A stretch of 64,000 nucleotides of DNA, from NCBI GenBank assembly GCA_001949185.1, contig BDGG01000005.1, positions 2,097,249 through 2,161,248 on the forward strand. The letters run 5' to 3'. The notes under the pieces were generated by a model, which saw only the letters and a list, made by a program, of their open reading frames with translations, was not told where the DNA came from and did not search any database. Every line of letters starts with the position of its first letter. Position 1 is the first letter of the stretch. The position numbers and the translations under genes are program-made. Positions 24,501 through 36,004 of this stretch are shown here, in pieces. Origin of the DNA: Ramazzottius varieornatus. Lineage: Eukaryota; Animalia; Tardigrada.

Positions 24501-25657
24501 ATGAAAATAACGGGAAGGCTTTTGGAATCACGAAAAACCACACAGACCGTGTTTTGTTGTAGAGATGGAATCGGTATCGGCCAGTGCCTTCGAGAGACCC
24601 GACAAGACTCTGCGTCTGGCTTCCAAGCTCCCCGAACTGATCACTACAGTTGCAGCCAAGACGCTGACCATGATCAAGCCCTTCTTACTTCCCGACTCGC
24701 AATACAAAACGAACGTGCTGGATGAAGCTGGTTCGACAGAAGCGCTTCTCGAGAAATGGAACCGACTCTTCAACGTACCGATCGAAACACTTCGCGACTT
24801 TGGCGACCGCGGAACGGTTAGTAAGGACAAAGTTGTCGGCCTGCTTCAAAACTGATCGAACGTTGTTTTTGTTCGGTTTAGGGTATTGTGGTGTTCTTTT
24901 CCCTGATGTCGGCTCACACCATGGTAGAAAAGGTCCTGCCGCGGCTCTTTGCAATGCTGAAAACGATGTTTGGAGACACGGAGTCAAACTTCCATTCGCA
25001 TGTGGAGGACCGGTATGCCGATCTCTCCAGCGATTTGACCAAGTCGTTCGTAGAGATGAAAGCTGAGCCCATTATGGGCGTCATTGAGAAGCAAATGAAT
25101 GACCATGGTATTGACTGGAAGCATGCCGCCGAACCCAAAAGTAAGTTAGCCAGTTCATTCTGTCGGAAGTGTAGACGTTAGACAGTGTGGCTGATGAGTG
25201 TATCTTCCAGATGTGAATTCGTACGTGACGCGGATCGCGATGGACCTCAACCAAGTCATTGAAGAGCTGTCAGTCTTCGCAAATGACCCGTCTGTGAACG
25301 ATGAAATCATCCGGGGAATAGTGACCAAGGTCTGCGAGGAAGTGAACCGGCTGTTCTTTGTGGCTCCTGGATTCAATGCTCATGGAGCTCTTCAGGTAAG
25401 AAAGCGGAAAACTTGAGTTTGATTTTTTGGTAACTTGTCCGTAATATCTAGTTTATCCTTCTTTGCAGGGAACGCTAGACGTCATGGCTTTGCGTGCAGT
25501 GATCGGGCCGTACATGTCAAAGTCGGGAGAGAAGATGCTGGAAGAAGCAGTGCGGCTGATGTCTGAGCAGAATGCAACGAAGAAAAATGAAGCGATAGTT
25601 AAAATTCTAGCAGAATATACGAAAACGCATAAAATGCTCTTCCTGGGTCAGACATAA
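21589..25657 (+). CDS. EXOC2: Exocyst complex component 2 (Sec5), multi-exon
   Basis: N-terminal IPT/TIG Ral-binding domain PRVTGLSPKEGPPGTRIIVRGENLG, ENFIPAWYLLENHS, and a C-terminal FNAHGALQGTLDVMALR. Confidence 0.93.
22963..23079. mobile_element. Hairpin MITE family H (EXOC2 intron)
   Basis: aaactcgacaagactgttttaccaagtggtggcgcacgttt...aaacgtgcgccacttgtcaaaacgatcggactgagttt. Confidence 0.8.
23203..23357. mobile_element. Imperfect palindromic MITE in an EXOC2 intron
   Basis: tacgcgtttgcctaattatcgggtgggatagaattatcg ... cggtaattttgtcccggccgataattagtcaaactgcgta. Confidence 0.65.
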
Positions 25658-26057
25658 GGATCAGTTTTGTTCCTTTTTGAAACTCCTTATGATCCATAAT
25701 ATACTGTGATAGGTTCTGGAACCCGGAAAGCACGAATGCGTTATACACTATGACCTTCTGAATTTTGGTTATCTTGCCTATTTGCTGCTCTCTGGGTTTC
25801 GCGAGTTAAACTTACAGGCCGTACAGGCCGTTAAACTTACTTCAAGCTAACTTGGAACAACAGTTTTTCGAAGCATTGTTAAAAATCACCATCAGTATTC
25901 GTAATTCTTCCGCTCACTGGATATGGTACCCCTTCCTCTTGGGTCTTGGCTACAAAACTCACCCAAAACCAGATCGTTCTGATGTTTCCTTGCACGGCTG
26001 GAACATTTTGACTGAGAGTGGGTAGTCACCCCACAGATTTCCAACTTTTTTTAACTT

Positions 26058-26129
26058 CTCCAGCAGGGGAATGATGTGACCGTACGCCGGGATGCTGATG
26101 AACAGCAGGTGCTTCTCTTGGCTCTTCAT
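26058..26129 (-). pseudogene. N-terminal fragment of a UDP-glycosyltransferase (GT1)
   Basis: MKSQEKHLLFISIPAYGHIIPLLE matches the GT1 beta1/catalytic-His motif (P-x-x-GH-x-x-P). Similarity stops abruptly afterwards. Confidence 0.6.
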
Positions 26130-26849
26130 GTTGAAATTTTTCGCCACGGGAAAATGGAGGTTGAAAAGAAATGTGAAAGCTTACGAGATGTACGTCTAGA
26201 TTCGCTGCCGAAAGCAAAGATAATACTTAGAGCTTCGAAAACTCCGGCAGAAAATACGCTGCGCAGGCAATTTTGTCTGGCCTCAAAAGATGGGGTTTCG
26301 AACAGAACTCTTAATCTTGTATCGTCTGAAACATGACAGCTGTTGACTACGTTATCAGTTCCGTATGTTGTTGAACAGCTATTCCAAGGAAATTGCTACT
26401 CTCTTGAGCCAGAAAAGATTCAGCTTTTCTAGTAAAAGGACCGATAAGATAACGCTTTGTCATGGTGCTTTAGGCCCTGCAATATCATTTGCCTTCCGCG
26501 GGTAGCCATGCCATAGATACGAGCACATACCGTGCTGATTAGTGTTTGCGACTAGGACTTCGGAACCTTAGGATGGGGATTCCGGAACCTTGACCTGCAT
26601 ACGCGTCAACAGGTTCTTCTACATCAGTACAATGGCACACTACCATCGCCGATAGCCGACACGAATGTTATAAGATTTCCAACTTTTTCATGAAATATCT
26701 ATTCTGGAAAGCCCTTCCTGACTTGACTCGGGCGACTTTGTTGTCGTCTGTTGGCAGCTGAGATGGCCTCTGATGATACATCAGGTTTCAGCTAATTTGT
26801 GCAGTGAGCGAAGCGGACACGGTTCTGCGATTCAAATTCGTTAACTTTC

Positions 26850-26968
26850 GGTTGCGACCATACCACGTAGAATGCTCCCGATCCCGTTCGATCTCGGAAG
26901 ATAAGCTACGTCGGGCCCGATTAGTACTTAGATGGGTGACCGCTTGGGAACACCGGGTGTTGCAGGCT
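26850..26968 (+). rRNA. 5S rRNA gene, single dispersed copy
   Basis: GGTTGCGACCATACCACGTAGAATGCTCCCGATCCCGTTCGATCTCGGAAGATAAGC...TTAGTACTTAGATGGGTGACCGCTTGGGAACACCGGGTGTTGCAGGCT, 119 nt with A and C boxes and a TTTTT terminator at 26971. Confidence 0.93.
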
Positions 26969-27308
26969 TCTTTTTGGCGCTTCGTGACAAGAAAGCCGGA
27001 AGAACTGCCGTTGACTGGGGATTACAGAAGATCGGGAAGAATGTTGCGCATGCTTTCTGCTCCTCGTATTCCTATTTTTCCCGGAATGATCCAAAGGCTT
27101 CTTGATGCAGCAAAGTTGCGATGCACCACTTGAACAGAGAACGATATGACGTGACTGATCATGATATGATATGACATAATATGACATAACTTAAGAATGT
27201 CGATCGTGACCGTCAGTGACGGTCAGTGTCGGTCAGTGTGTTGTTTCGGCTTTTGGGGCATTGTAGACTTCGAATCTTTTATACATAACTGTTCCTTTCG
27301 TGTTGCAG

Positions 27309-28311
27309 GTTCGGTATCCGGATCTACGTCTGCAGAGACATCTCAAAAGAAGCAGAATCTACGTTAAGGTAGAAGAACGTCTCGACGACTGGCTCTTCGA
27401 TGGAGCATGGCGAGGATGCAGTACCAGTATGGTCGACTGTCGCTGCTCCTGACAGGACACAAATCTGTCCTGCTCAAAAGTTTTTCGTCTCAGTAGAAGT
27501 GTTAGAACACCTGCAGTTAGCGTTTGGTCCGGGAAAAGCGCTACCGGAGTCGTGCAGAGAGACCAACTGGCAACGTTATGGATGGGAACTGATTCGCGAA
27601 ATAATTGGGGAGGATAAGCTGGTGGCTTCTAAGAAAAGAAAGCCAGGCATTGGCATCGCGAAGTTACTAAACTCTCTCACAGACTCCGATACAGATATCC
27701 TTTCCGCCGTCCTCTGTAAGTGGCGGAAAAGTTTCATGTCATTTTCGCTAACCCAAGAAGTGGAAGCTCGGCAAGCAAGCTCGACCACATTGTTTTCGTA
27801 GGTGGCGCACTCTCATCAAGTGTCACTGATTGAAACAGTGCGCCACTTGGGAAGACGCTCTAGCTGAGTTTGGTAGCCGTTCTCCCAAATATCTCTGATA
27901 TTGTATTCGTTGAAGCAGTTGCACGAGATGATGAAAAACGACGAGCTGTTCAAGGAAGTCGACACGCTCAGGCGTTTCCAGCAGAGTATAACGGAACGCG
28001 AGCCACACGATACTCAACTTACCGATGAAGCGGAGGATATCGACGAAGAAACTTTCGTGCAGTTGAAACAGTCCCAGCTGGTAGATACCTTCTACGTCCC
28101 GGTAGAAGCTCTCCAGCAGTGGCGTGGCATCTGCTCGGCGGAGTACGGTCATGAATCTCATGATGCAGACGGCCAGGTTTGTTTGCGGTGTGCGAAACAC
28201 TGCTCCAATAGCGCCGAGATGCTGATACACCTTGCCCGAAACCACTACATTCCCTCCATGTGCTCAAATCCTCTGCGCGATACAGGACGCTCGGCACCGG
28301 CTCTGTCCTAG
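27309..28311 (+). pseudogene. Decayed orphan gene with a single C2H2-like finger, copy A
   Basis: LHEMMKNDELFKEVD...FYVPVEALQQW...CLRCAKHCSNSAEMLIHLARNHYIPSMCSNPLR. Interrupted by stops and by a hairpin MITE at ~27771-27872. Confidence 0.6.
27771..27872. mobile_element. Hairpin MITE family H (within C2H2 pseudogene A)
   Basis: gctcgaccacattgttttcgtaggtggcgcact...agtgcgccacttgggaagacgctctagctgagttt. Confidence 0.75.
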
Positions 28312-28779
28312 AGACTTTTGCAATTTGATCAGAAACCGATGCAGAAATGATTTACGGGGTGATGGGGACCAAACCACAGTGGAATCCTTCCACGAGGAAC
28401 TCATAACACGAGGAAAGGTACGGTTCTTTTCTGCCTACTCTGAAAACTGCATGTTTTCTTGTTTAGAGTTTTCTTTCCTGACATACTGCCTTTCGCGCAA
28501 CACATTGTTGTCCCTTTTTAGTCTTACGATTTGATGAATTTTAGGCACATAAATAAAACCCCCTTTTTTCCACTTGTTTGCATCGGAAGTATGAAATTTG
28601 AACTTAAATTACGATGAAAAATTCTGTTTTAACACAGTATACCTATGTAATATCGTGGGAGACAATTCTGAAAGACTCTATGATAAAGTGTAAAAACAAC
28701 CGTACGAAAGCACAAGAAACTGGACCAGAAGATTGAACATTCTGAAAGTGCCCATAATTAATCACCGTCCATGTCTACT

Positions 28780-29797
28780 AAACCATCAACAAGTCTTCGA
28801 ACGAGGCCCGCGAGTCTTCAGACCGCAAGTAACGGGGTGACTCCGGTGCGAACTCTAGACTTTCCACGCTGCAGCTCTCGTCGTCATGCAGTTCAGTTTC
28901 TTCGTCTGACTGATCGCATCCGATTCCTCTTCCCATAGCGAGCTCGGATCACTATACACAGTCATCGGTATCTTCTACCGAAAAACCACCGCTGAATTCC
29001 GCCGGTGGTTCTTCGGATCACCGAAGAGGATGCGAGCATAGCAGCGGAACGTAATGACGTCGAGCGCAGTGAAAGAGCAGCTTAGTCCTATCAACGCAAG
29101 GCCATTTGCACTGCGAGCAGCAATGGCTTTCCGTTGACGCACCTGGTTGACACCACTGTCCAACCGCACTGACGGGAACACAGAAGGCTTCTTTCTCGCG
29201 TCTTTTCGCTATCGCAACGAAAGTCTCATCGTCAGCGGCAAGACGCATGGCGAGTGGCGTGTACCACTTTGTCATGTTACGGAAGCGCATTCCGGCGTCC
29301 ACTTCTTTCTGCAGTTCCTCGTCTTCCATTGTTTTGTGCAAATCATACAGCGAAACTAATTAAAAGGAATGAGCTGAAAAACACCTAAGCGACGTGTTCG
29401 AAAACCAATCTGAAACATTATTCGCGACAACGTTAACAGCCCCCATAAAACTGTCGGACGAAACCACTTCTGGGTTGGCTTTTCGGGTAGCTCGCTTTCT
29501 GGGCCCTTTGATGGCTTTTTTCCAACTTCGGCGAAACACCTTCTGTCTGATAGCGTCGTAGACGCTTTGGTTTATACTTTGTTTTTCCGGCGTTTCATCT
29601 TTCCCCTTTGTCGGAATGTACCGCGCTACATGATCCATGCGTATGCTGTAGATCGATTTCTCGCGAAACAGGCGGCGTCCTTCTCGGCTGAGACCGAGAA
29701 CATTGCCCGGCTATTCCCGGACGGGGTGAAGCCTTCCTGATGATGACATAAGAAGTCTTGGTGGACGCGCTATCCCAACCGCTCCACTTCCGTAACC
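28780..29797 (-). pseudogene. Decayed orphan gene with a single C2H2-like finger, copy B (tail-to-tail paralog of A)
   Basis: LHKTMEDEELQKEVD...FCVPVSAVGQW...CSQCKWPCVDRTKLLFHCARRHYVPLLCSHPLR, with several in-frame stops. Confidence 0.6.
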
Positions 29798-30112
29798 TGC
29801 GACGAGAAGAAAATGAGACGTAAAGACCAGGTGAAAAAACGATCAGCCTGATTGTACTGCCTTAGGTAGTTGGTAATGTTATGTTATAGTTTGGCTACAT
29901 CCTTGATATATTGCATGACATGACGTTTGTGCATTCTATTTTCGCGATCGAATCAAGAATCAATCGTTCGGCTTATATTAAAGCCTTATGAATTCCATTT
30001 CCAATGTTCTTCAAGAGTCCAGACTCTCGGCTCTTTAGCCTTTCCTGCGTCGCTACCGGTTTGGTGAATGGTCTTATGGCTGCATCCGTCGGTCAGGGGA
30101 GAAGAGCCAAGA

Positions 30113-30864
30113 ATGTCAAGAGCCAAAAACTTCGATGAATCTGTTGACGAAGTCGAGCAACTTCCGCCGTTCCGTGGACCAAGTTGGCCTGTCGAAAAGC
30201 TGCTTGCCAGGAGGAACAGCCATCTCGTCGATAAGGATGGAAATCGACAGCTGGACTACTTGGTGAAATGGGAGAACCGCGACGTGTAAGTCTAGCTGCA
30301 ATGCAGTAAAATTTGGGATATTCATTGGTGATATTCCTTTCTCTTCGCAGAATGATGTCGACTTGGGTGGCGGAAGAGTACCTAGAAAGCAAAGACGTGG
30401 TAAGATGGAAAGATCGAGTAAAGACTGTATCTTCGAGTGATGAGGAGTCATCCACGGCCGAGGAGGTGGGACATGCTCAGCAAACTGCTTCGACTGACAG
30501 CGACGAGGACCGACCTATGATGAGAATACCACGGAAAAGTTTGGTAAATTCTCGAGGTGGTTCGCCCGTGCCCACTGCGCGACGGCTTCTAAACGAAAAC
30601 TTTAGTCAAGACGAAAGTGGGGATGGAGATGACGAGGATGAAGAAGACGAAGAGACAGAGTCTTTGAATGGATTTGTCGTTGACGATGATGGTAAACTTT
30701 ATCCACTTTAAGACTGTTTATTTTTGATCCTCTAGAAGGTATCGTTTGCGATTGCAGTGGTTATATACTCAGACCGAGAAGAAGATGAAGAAGAGGAATT
30801 TTCGACTCAGCCGAACAGCGCACGAGATCGTTATTTCGGACACAGCCAAGTTTCCGGTATGTGA
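30113..30864 (+). CDS. Chromodomain protein with an acidic disordered tail
   Basis: WPVEKLLARR...DYLVKWENRDV-(intron 30286-30350)-MMSTWVAEEYL matches the chromodomain pattern, followed by D/E-rich exons. It may splice on to the exon at 31621. Confidence 0.75.
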
Positions 30865-31412
30865 GACTTTCTGTGAAGCTATTCTTTTGGATTCATTCTT
30901 CTCAAACGTTGGTTGTGGTTTTATGCTTGTGAAAAACTTCGAAGTGTGGAGTTTGAAAGCGATGATACCGCGCGGGCGTTGGTAGCACCTTTGTGGTTCT
31001 GCTCGTGAAGGACAAGGTGGTAACGACTAACAAGGAAGTGATAGTTATCTCGCGTGGGTCTACTCAAAGGGAAAGAAAGTGGACTGTTTCTCTCGAGTCT
31101 CGAAGATTCAAACTAAGATTACTCTCCTTGTGCCTTGTTAGTCGGACGTGGAAGTAGCGTGTCAGCTAGATTTGATAAAGAATTACTCAGAAAGTAGGTT
31201 GGTCTGCATAAAATGTTATTCTGAAATTTGTTACCAAACTTCAGAATCTGCGCTGACATCTCAAACAGGTTGCAATTCCGACTCCTTGGACTAATACTCG
31301 AAACTTACATGCTCATCCTTCGACTTGATCCCTGAACCTTTCTGGTCAATATAGACAAACGGAATCACTGCTATGATTACTGGATTTTCGTTCACGTTAA
31401 TATGGCTTCTGG

Positions 31413-31504
31413 TACTCACAAGATTCTTTTCCCCAGTGGCGCACGTCTTTAGCTTCAGCGTCTAAACGCGTGCGCCACTTGGAAAAACGACTTTCTCGAG
31501 TTTG
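31413..31504. mobile_element. Hairpin MITE family H
   Basis: ttttccccagtggcgcacgt...gcgtgcgccacttggaaaaacg. Confidence 0.75.
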
Positions 31505-31620
31505 CACAGGTTTCATTTTTCTTGTTTTGAATTCTTCTACGATTTCATCACGGGAACCGCTTCACCGGCTGTTACAAATTCCGTCTGCTTGAGGCCTTCA
31601 AATGTTTTTCTGTTTCTTAG

Positions 31621-32244
31621 GGGACGCCTCTGTCGACGAGAGCGATGGAGCATGACCATAGCAATGCCACCAGCAGTCCGCCATTCGGTGCCATGCATCC
31701 AGAGCCCTTCAACCCAGTGGCCACTCTACCTCCACCATCATCCAGTCCTGATCCCCCAATCCACAAACGCGTGACTCGCGGGCGCGTCCTTCGTCAAAGC
31801 GGCTTGGAAGGCACTGAAGTCTCGCACGGCGAAAGTGACCACTCCAACTCTTTTCCCAGCACCGAGATCATGGACCGATGGACCGTCACTCCTCGTCCCA
31901 AAAGAAGTCCCCAAGAATACAACTTCCGGCTACCCACAGGTGGTGATACGTTGGCTGGTCAACTAAATAGAATTGGGAGAGAAATGGTGACGTTGGCGCA
32001 GGAGAAGAAAGGTATGATGGGAATGCCGAGTGTGACTTCAGTCGGAAGACTGCATGGCTTCGTGGACGAGAAGACCGATCCCGAGGATACGAGTGGACAT
32101 CGAGGGACGAAGGCTGTGAGACGTAGGCGGGATGCGAGTACGACGACGATGCCGACGACTACTGAAGAAGATGTGGTGGCCAGTGGACAGGAGCGCGCGG
32201 GTGAAACGGGAATTGTCATACCAGGAACTTTTATCGGAACGTGA
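31621..32244 (+). CDS. Coding exon of uncertain affiliation (Pro/Thr-rich, with basic cleavage-like sites)
   Basis: Strong acceptor tttctgtttcttag and a 199-aa open frame containing KR, RPKR and RRRR motifs. A phase-1 junction is compatible with the chromodomain gene donor at ~30857. Confidence 0.5.
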   Translation, partial: GTPLSTRAMEHDHSNATSSPPFGAMHPEPFNPVATLPPPSSSPDPPIHKRVTRGRVLRQSGLEGTEVSHGESDHSNSFPSTEIMDRWTVTPRPKRSPQEYNFRLPTGGDTLAGQLNRIGREMVTLAQEKKGMMGMPSVTSVGRLHGFVDEKTDPEDTSGHRGTKAVRRRRDASTTTMPTTTEEDVVASGQERAGETGIVIPGTFIGT

Positions 32245-32822
32245 ATAAATTCTGTACGTTATGTTCCAAGAGTAGTATTCTCTTGATATTATGCTTTTAT
32301 GGATAGCTCGCACTTCGAGCAACATGCGATATTAGTCGGTACGAAGACATCGTGTTGTACTGTTGGCCCAAGTTTTGCTTCTCTGGCTTGTTCCTGTCTT
32401 ACCGCGGCATGTGTAGTATTGATGATTTTATCGTTGTTTTGCAGTACGAGTTCTTCGTAGCTCTAATGTAGTGGTACACGAGCGTTAATGTTTTCGACAA
32501 GTAAAATGTTCCATTCAGTTTTGTACTTCTGCCAGGTTACGTATTAAGGGCAGAGTTCAGGATCAGGTGTGTCGACTTCCGGGTCTACAACGGCCAAATC
32601 AGATGGGTTTTCCCCTCGCGCTGAGAACCTTATGTTGTTATTGTTTTACTTCAATTTTCACCTGTGTCGAAATTTGTTTCGCATGCTGTTCGAATATATT
32701 GCGGGATGGTTCTTCATATTGGTCATTTTCAGAATGTTCTAATTTCGAAAAAGTAATTCCGCGGAAGGTGTTGAGTCGTGCTTGAAATGTACCTGCAGCC
32801 ATCAATTTCTTCTTCAGGCAGT

Positions 32823-35668
32823 ATGGCGAAAGTCTGGACGGTGAGTAACCCCAGTCCTGTCTCGCGAGCATCTCGTTCGCCGAGCCACCGATAGCTTATT
32901 TGATTTGTTTTAGGGAGTCTTTCTTATTGTCGTATCATGTGGAGTGTGCCGGACACAAACCTTGACCGCCGACACTGCTCAATCTCAACATGACAACGAC
33001 ACCAAGCCGGTATATTTTTCTGGAAAACAAAGCTGCATTTTAACGAAGGTGTTTTTGCTTTGCTTTTCAGGACAAGCACACCTATCCATCTCCGGCTGCC
33101 ACTTCCGCAGCAGCGGCAGCCAGCGACAAGTCGGCATATCACGAGGAATCCAGTTACCAGAGATTCAAACGACAAGAGCCGCACTTCATACCAGATTATG
33201 AATATCGCGTGACAACTCAGTATCCCCTCACGGAATCAGTTAGTTCAGCAAACTTTGTGGCACATCCCTCGGATACAGGTGCCAAGGTTCTTCTCTGCCA
33301 ATGGATACTAATTAACCATCTTCTGTTTTTTCAAAGGGTCTACAAGAACAGGTTCCAGCAGCGGGTACGGAACTTCCGGGTCGGAGTCCCAGGATCGAGC
33401 AAATTCCTTTGTGCCACAAGCTTTACAGGACGCTTACTCCTCGGGATCGTCCGCTGGCGGACGTGGAGAGAATCAAGGCCGAAGTCAGATTAATGACCAA
33501 CAAGCACCCTTCCCACAGGGGTCTTCCAGCAATGCCCAAAGTCGGACTGGAAACCAAAGTCGCGCAGGTAACGGACAGAGTTCTTCGCGGCAAGGAGCTA
33601 CGGGTAATGGGCGAAGTGGAAGCCAAGTCCAGAGCCAGGGCGGGAACAGTTATGGGCAAAGCTCCTATCCACCGGCATTTTCAGCTAACAGTCGAAGTCG
33701 CTCGAGCTCGCAAGACCAACAAAGATATGGAAATGGTAGAAACAACAACGAACAAGGTTCTGCTATATACGGGCAAAGTCAGTCCAGCTCGCTTGACCGA
33801 AGCAGGGACCAGCAGCGGACTGGCAATGTACCTTCTTCATCAAATGGACAATCGCAGTCTTCGGACCGCGGCCGAAGCAGCTATTCATCTCCTTCTTCTT
33901 CGGCCTCGGGCTCCGCGTCCAGTCGAAGTCAGTCTTACGATACCGGCACCACTTACGAACAAGATGCCGCCAGCGCCAGCCAAGCAAGACAAGCCAGTAT
34001 AAATAATCAAGAGAGGACAAGTCAACCAAGCAACTCACGCAACACAGGCTCTTCGTCCCGTGGACAGTCCTTCGCTTCGGGCAGAAGCAGTACTTATGAG
34101 CAAGACGCTGTTAGTGCCAGTCAAGCAAGACAGAACAGTTTGCAGAACCAAGGCTCTGCTTCCCAACAGAGTCAAGGAAGTACGTCGCGCAACGCGGGTG
34201 CTTCGTCCAGCGGACAGACTTACCCATCGAGCTCTAACACCAACAGTTACTCTCCGTCCTCATCATATTCGCCGAGCGCTGGAAGTCAGGACCCAGCGTC
34301 TCCCGCTCAATACCAGTCTTCGGGAAGTTTCTACCCGTCGTATGACACAGCAGGAACAAGCTCATCCGGTCAAAGCAATCAAGCCAGTTCGTACAATCAA
34401 GGCAGTTCAGGTCAGCAGCAGCCTCAACAAGGAGGTGGATCCTCATACCCGTCTTCCAGCTCCAACCAGGACCGATACGCTGGCTCGGTATCTTATCCGA
34501 CCAGCAGCCAAAACCGAGAGCAAGACAGAATGTCGGCGAGACCTTCCAGTTCAGACCAGTCTGCCGGAAACTACGACGCACAAGAAAGCCGACCGGATCC
34601 TGCATACTCTCAGTGCTCCACATTTATCCCTGCTGACCCGGAACCTGCAGCGTCCAACCAGCAAGCTGCTCGACAAGCGTCCCAACTTCCACTTTGTCCA
34701 CAACCCTCCGATAATGCCCCACGAAGACTCCCGACATTCGTTGTGCGGACTGAAGTACCGAGTCCACCTGTGCCCAATCCATGCCCAGCACCGTGTTCGC
34801 CACCCTGTCCTTCCCCGTGCCTGTCTCCCGTCACAGCATCGTTTGTTATTCGAGACGTTCAGCCGCGAGTCGTGTACCAACCCGTCATAATGCAGCAGCC
34901 CCGAGTTGTGTATCAACCTCCGAAAGTCTCGGTTGATGTGCGATATGTCCGCTACTCCACTCCTCCCGTAATGATACAGAGTCAGCCTGTTGTTTATGTC
35001 CAGAACGACTGCGGCTTCGGCAATTGCGTCCCCGTTCAACCGTAAGAATCTCATTCTTTTTCCGGTCTCATTCTCGACAAAACATTAACGGGTTTCTTTA
35101 ACAGAATTATCCACCAAACAGTTTCTGACCCGTGCACAATGGTCATCAGTGCACCTCGACAGTTTCAAGCAAGGCAAACTCAACAATTGCACTGTGGCGA
35201 ACCTAGCCAAACTCAGGTCAGTGTCTTTATGGATCATGATCATCCATGAACGATAGAGTCCTAATCCCTGTTACACTCAGATGACGTCATTTGTTTTCTT
35301 CCAGTCCAGGACAACAATGGTAAAGGTGGAGGTGAAAACCTCCCCAGGCTACGGTGAAGGGCGTTATGTTCGCGACACTAGCGATGTCCAGGTAAAGCAT
35401 GGGATTGCAGTGAAAGAGGTAAAAGTCGCGTTAGGAAAGACGTTCTTCTGTACCTTCGAAATGGCTGAGATGCCCCTGCCCGGTGAGCCTGAAAACTGGC
35501 GGACCGCAAGATGTCAGCCTGACTCGCCCACTCATCCAGGGTAAGCACACCCCGCCTCATGATGCAATACGGAAGTCCTGTACGCGCTAACTGATGTCTA
35601 ATTGCCTGATAATTTTCTGTACCCACAGATTGAGTTTCGACTACATGGTTCACGGTACGGATTACTGA
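32823..35668 (+). CDS. Large secreted Ser/Gln/Gly-rich protein with a Pro/Cys/Val-rich C-terminal region
   Basis: Spliced signal peptide MAKVWT-GVFLIVVSCGVCRT, a furin-like RFKR site, a 544-aa S/Q/G exon with TYEQDAxSASQARQ twice, PCP repeats and QPRVVYQP twice, and short terminal exons. Confidence 0.75.
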
Positions 35669-36004
35669 AAAAGTGGGCACTCGGAACTCGGATCTACAGC
35701 GAAACCAAAACCTCGCATTCAAATTGCGGCCTCGTGTTCCGAGTTTTACGAGCCGTGTGGCTGTGATGTTTCCGCTGCATTTCAGACTGATTTGTTTGCC
35801 CCCCTTATTAGCCAAGAATATTATCTATGAATTATTCTGCGCACAGGTGGTTATTCTGTTTTATTCATTTGATCCTATAGTATGCAAATTCCCACCGGGC
35901 CGACGATATGCAAATGGTATATACTGTACATGAGAATACATTACATACGCAAATGTACTCGGATAAGTCCGCGCACCGTATAGCCAGCTCACAAGGTGGA
36001 AAAA

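Noticed and set aside
27890-29365. Stops at similar positions in both C2H2 paralogs as programmed readthrough or selenocysteine
   Set aside because: The codons differ (TGA versus TAA), are not exactly aligned, and come with other stops and a MITE insertion. Decay or an unrecognised intron is simpler.
31412-31509. Hairpin MITE exactly bounded by GT...AG as an intron-generating (Introner) element
   Set aside because: Splicing it out gives no sustained reading frame, and other copies lie inside pre-existing introns.
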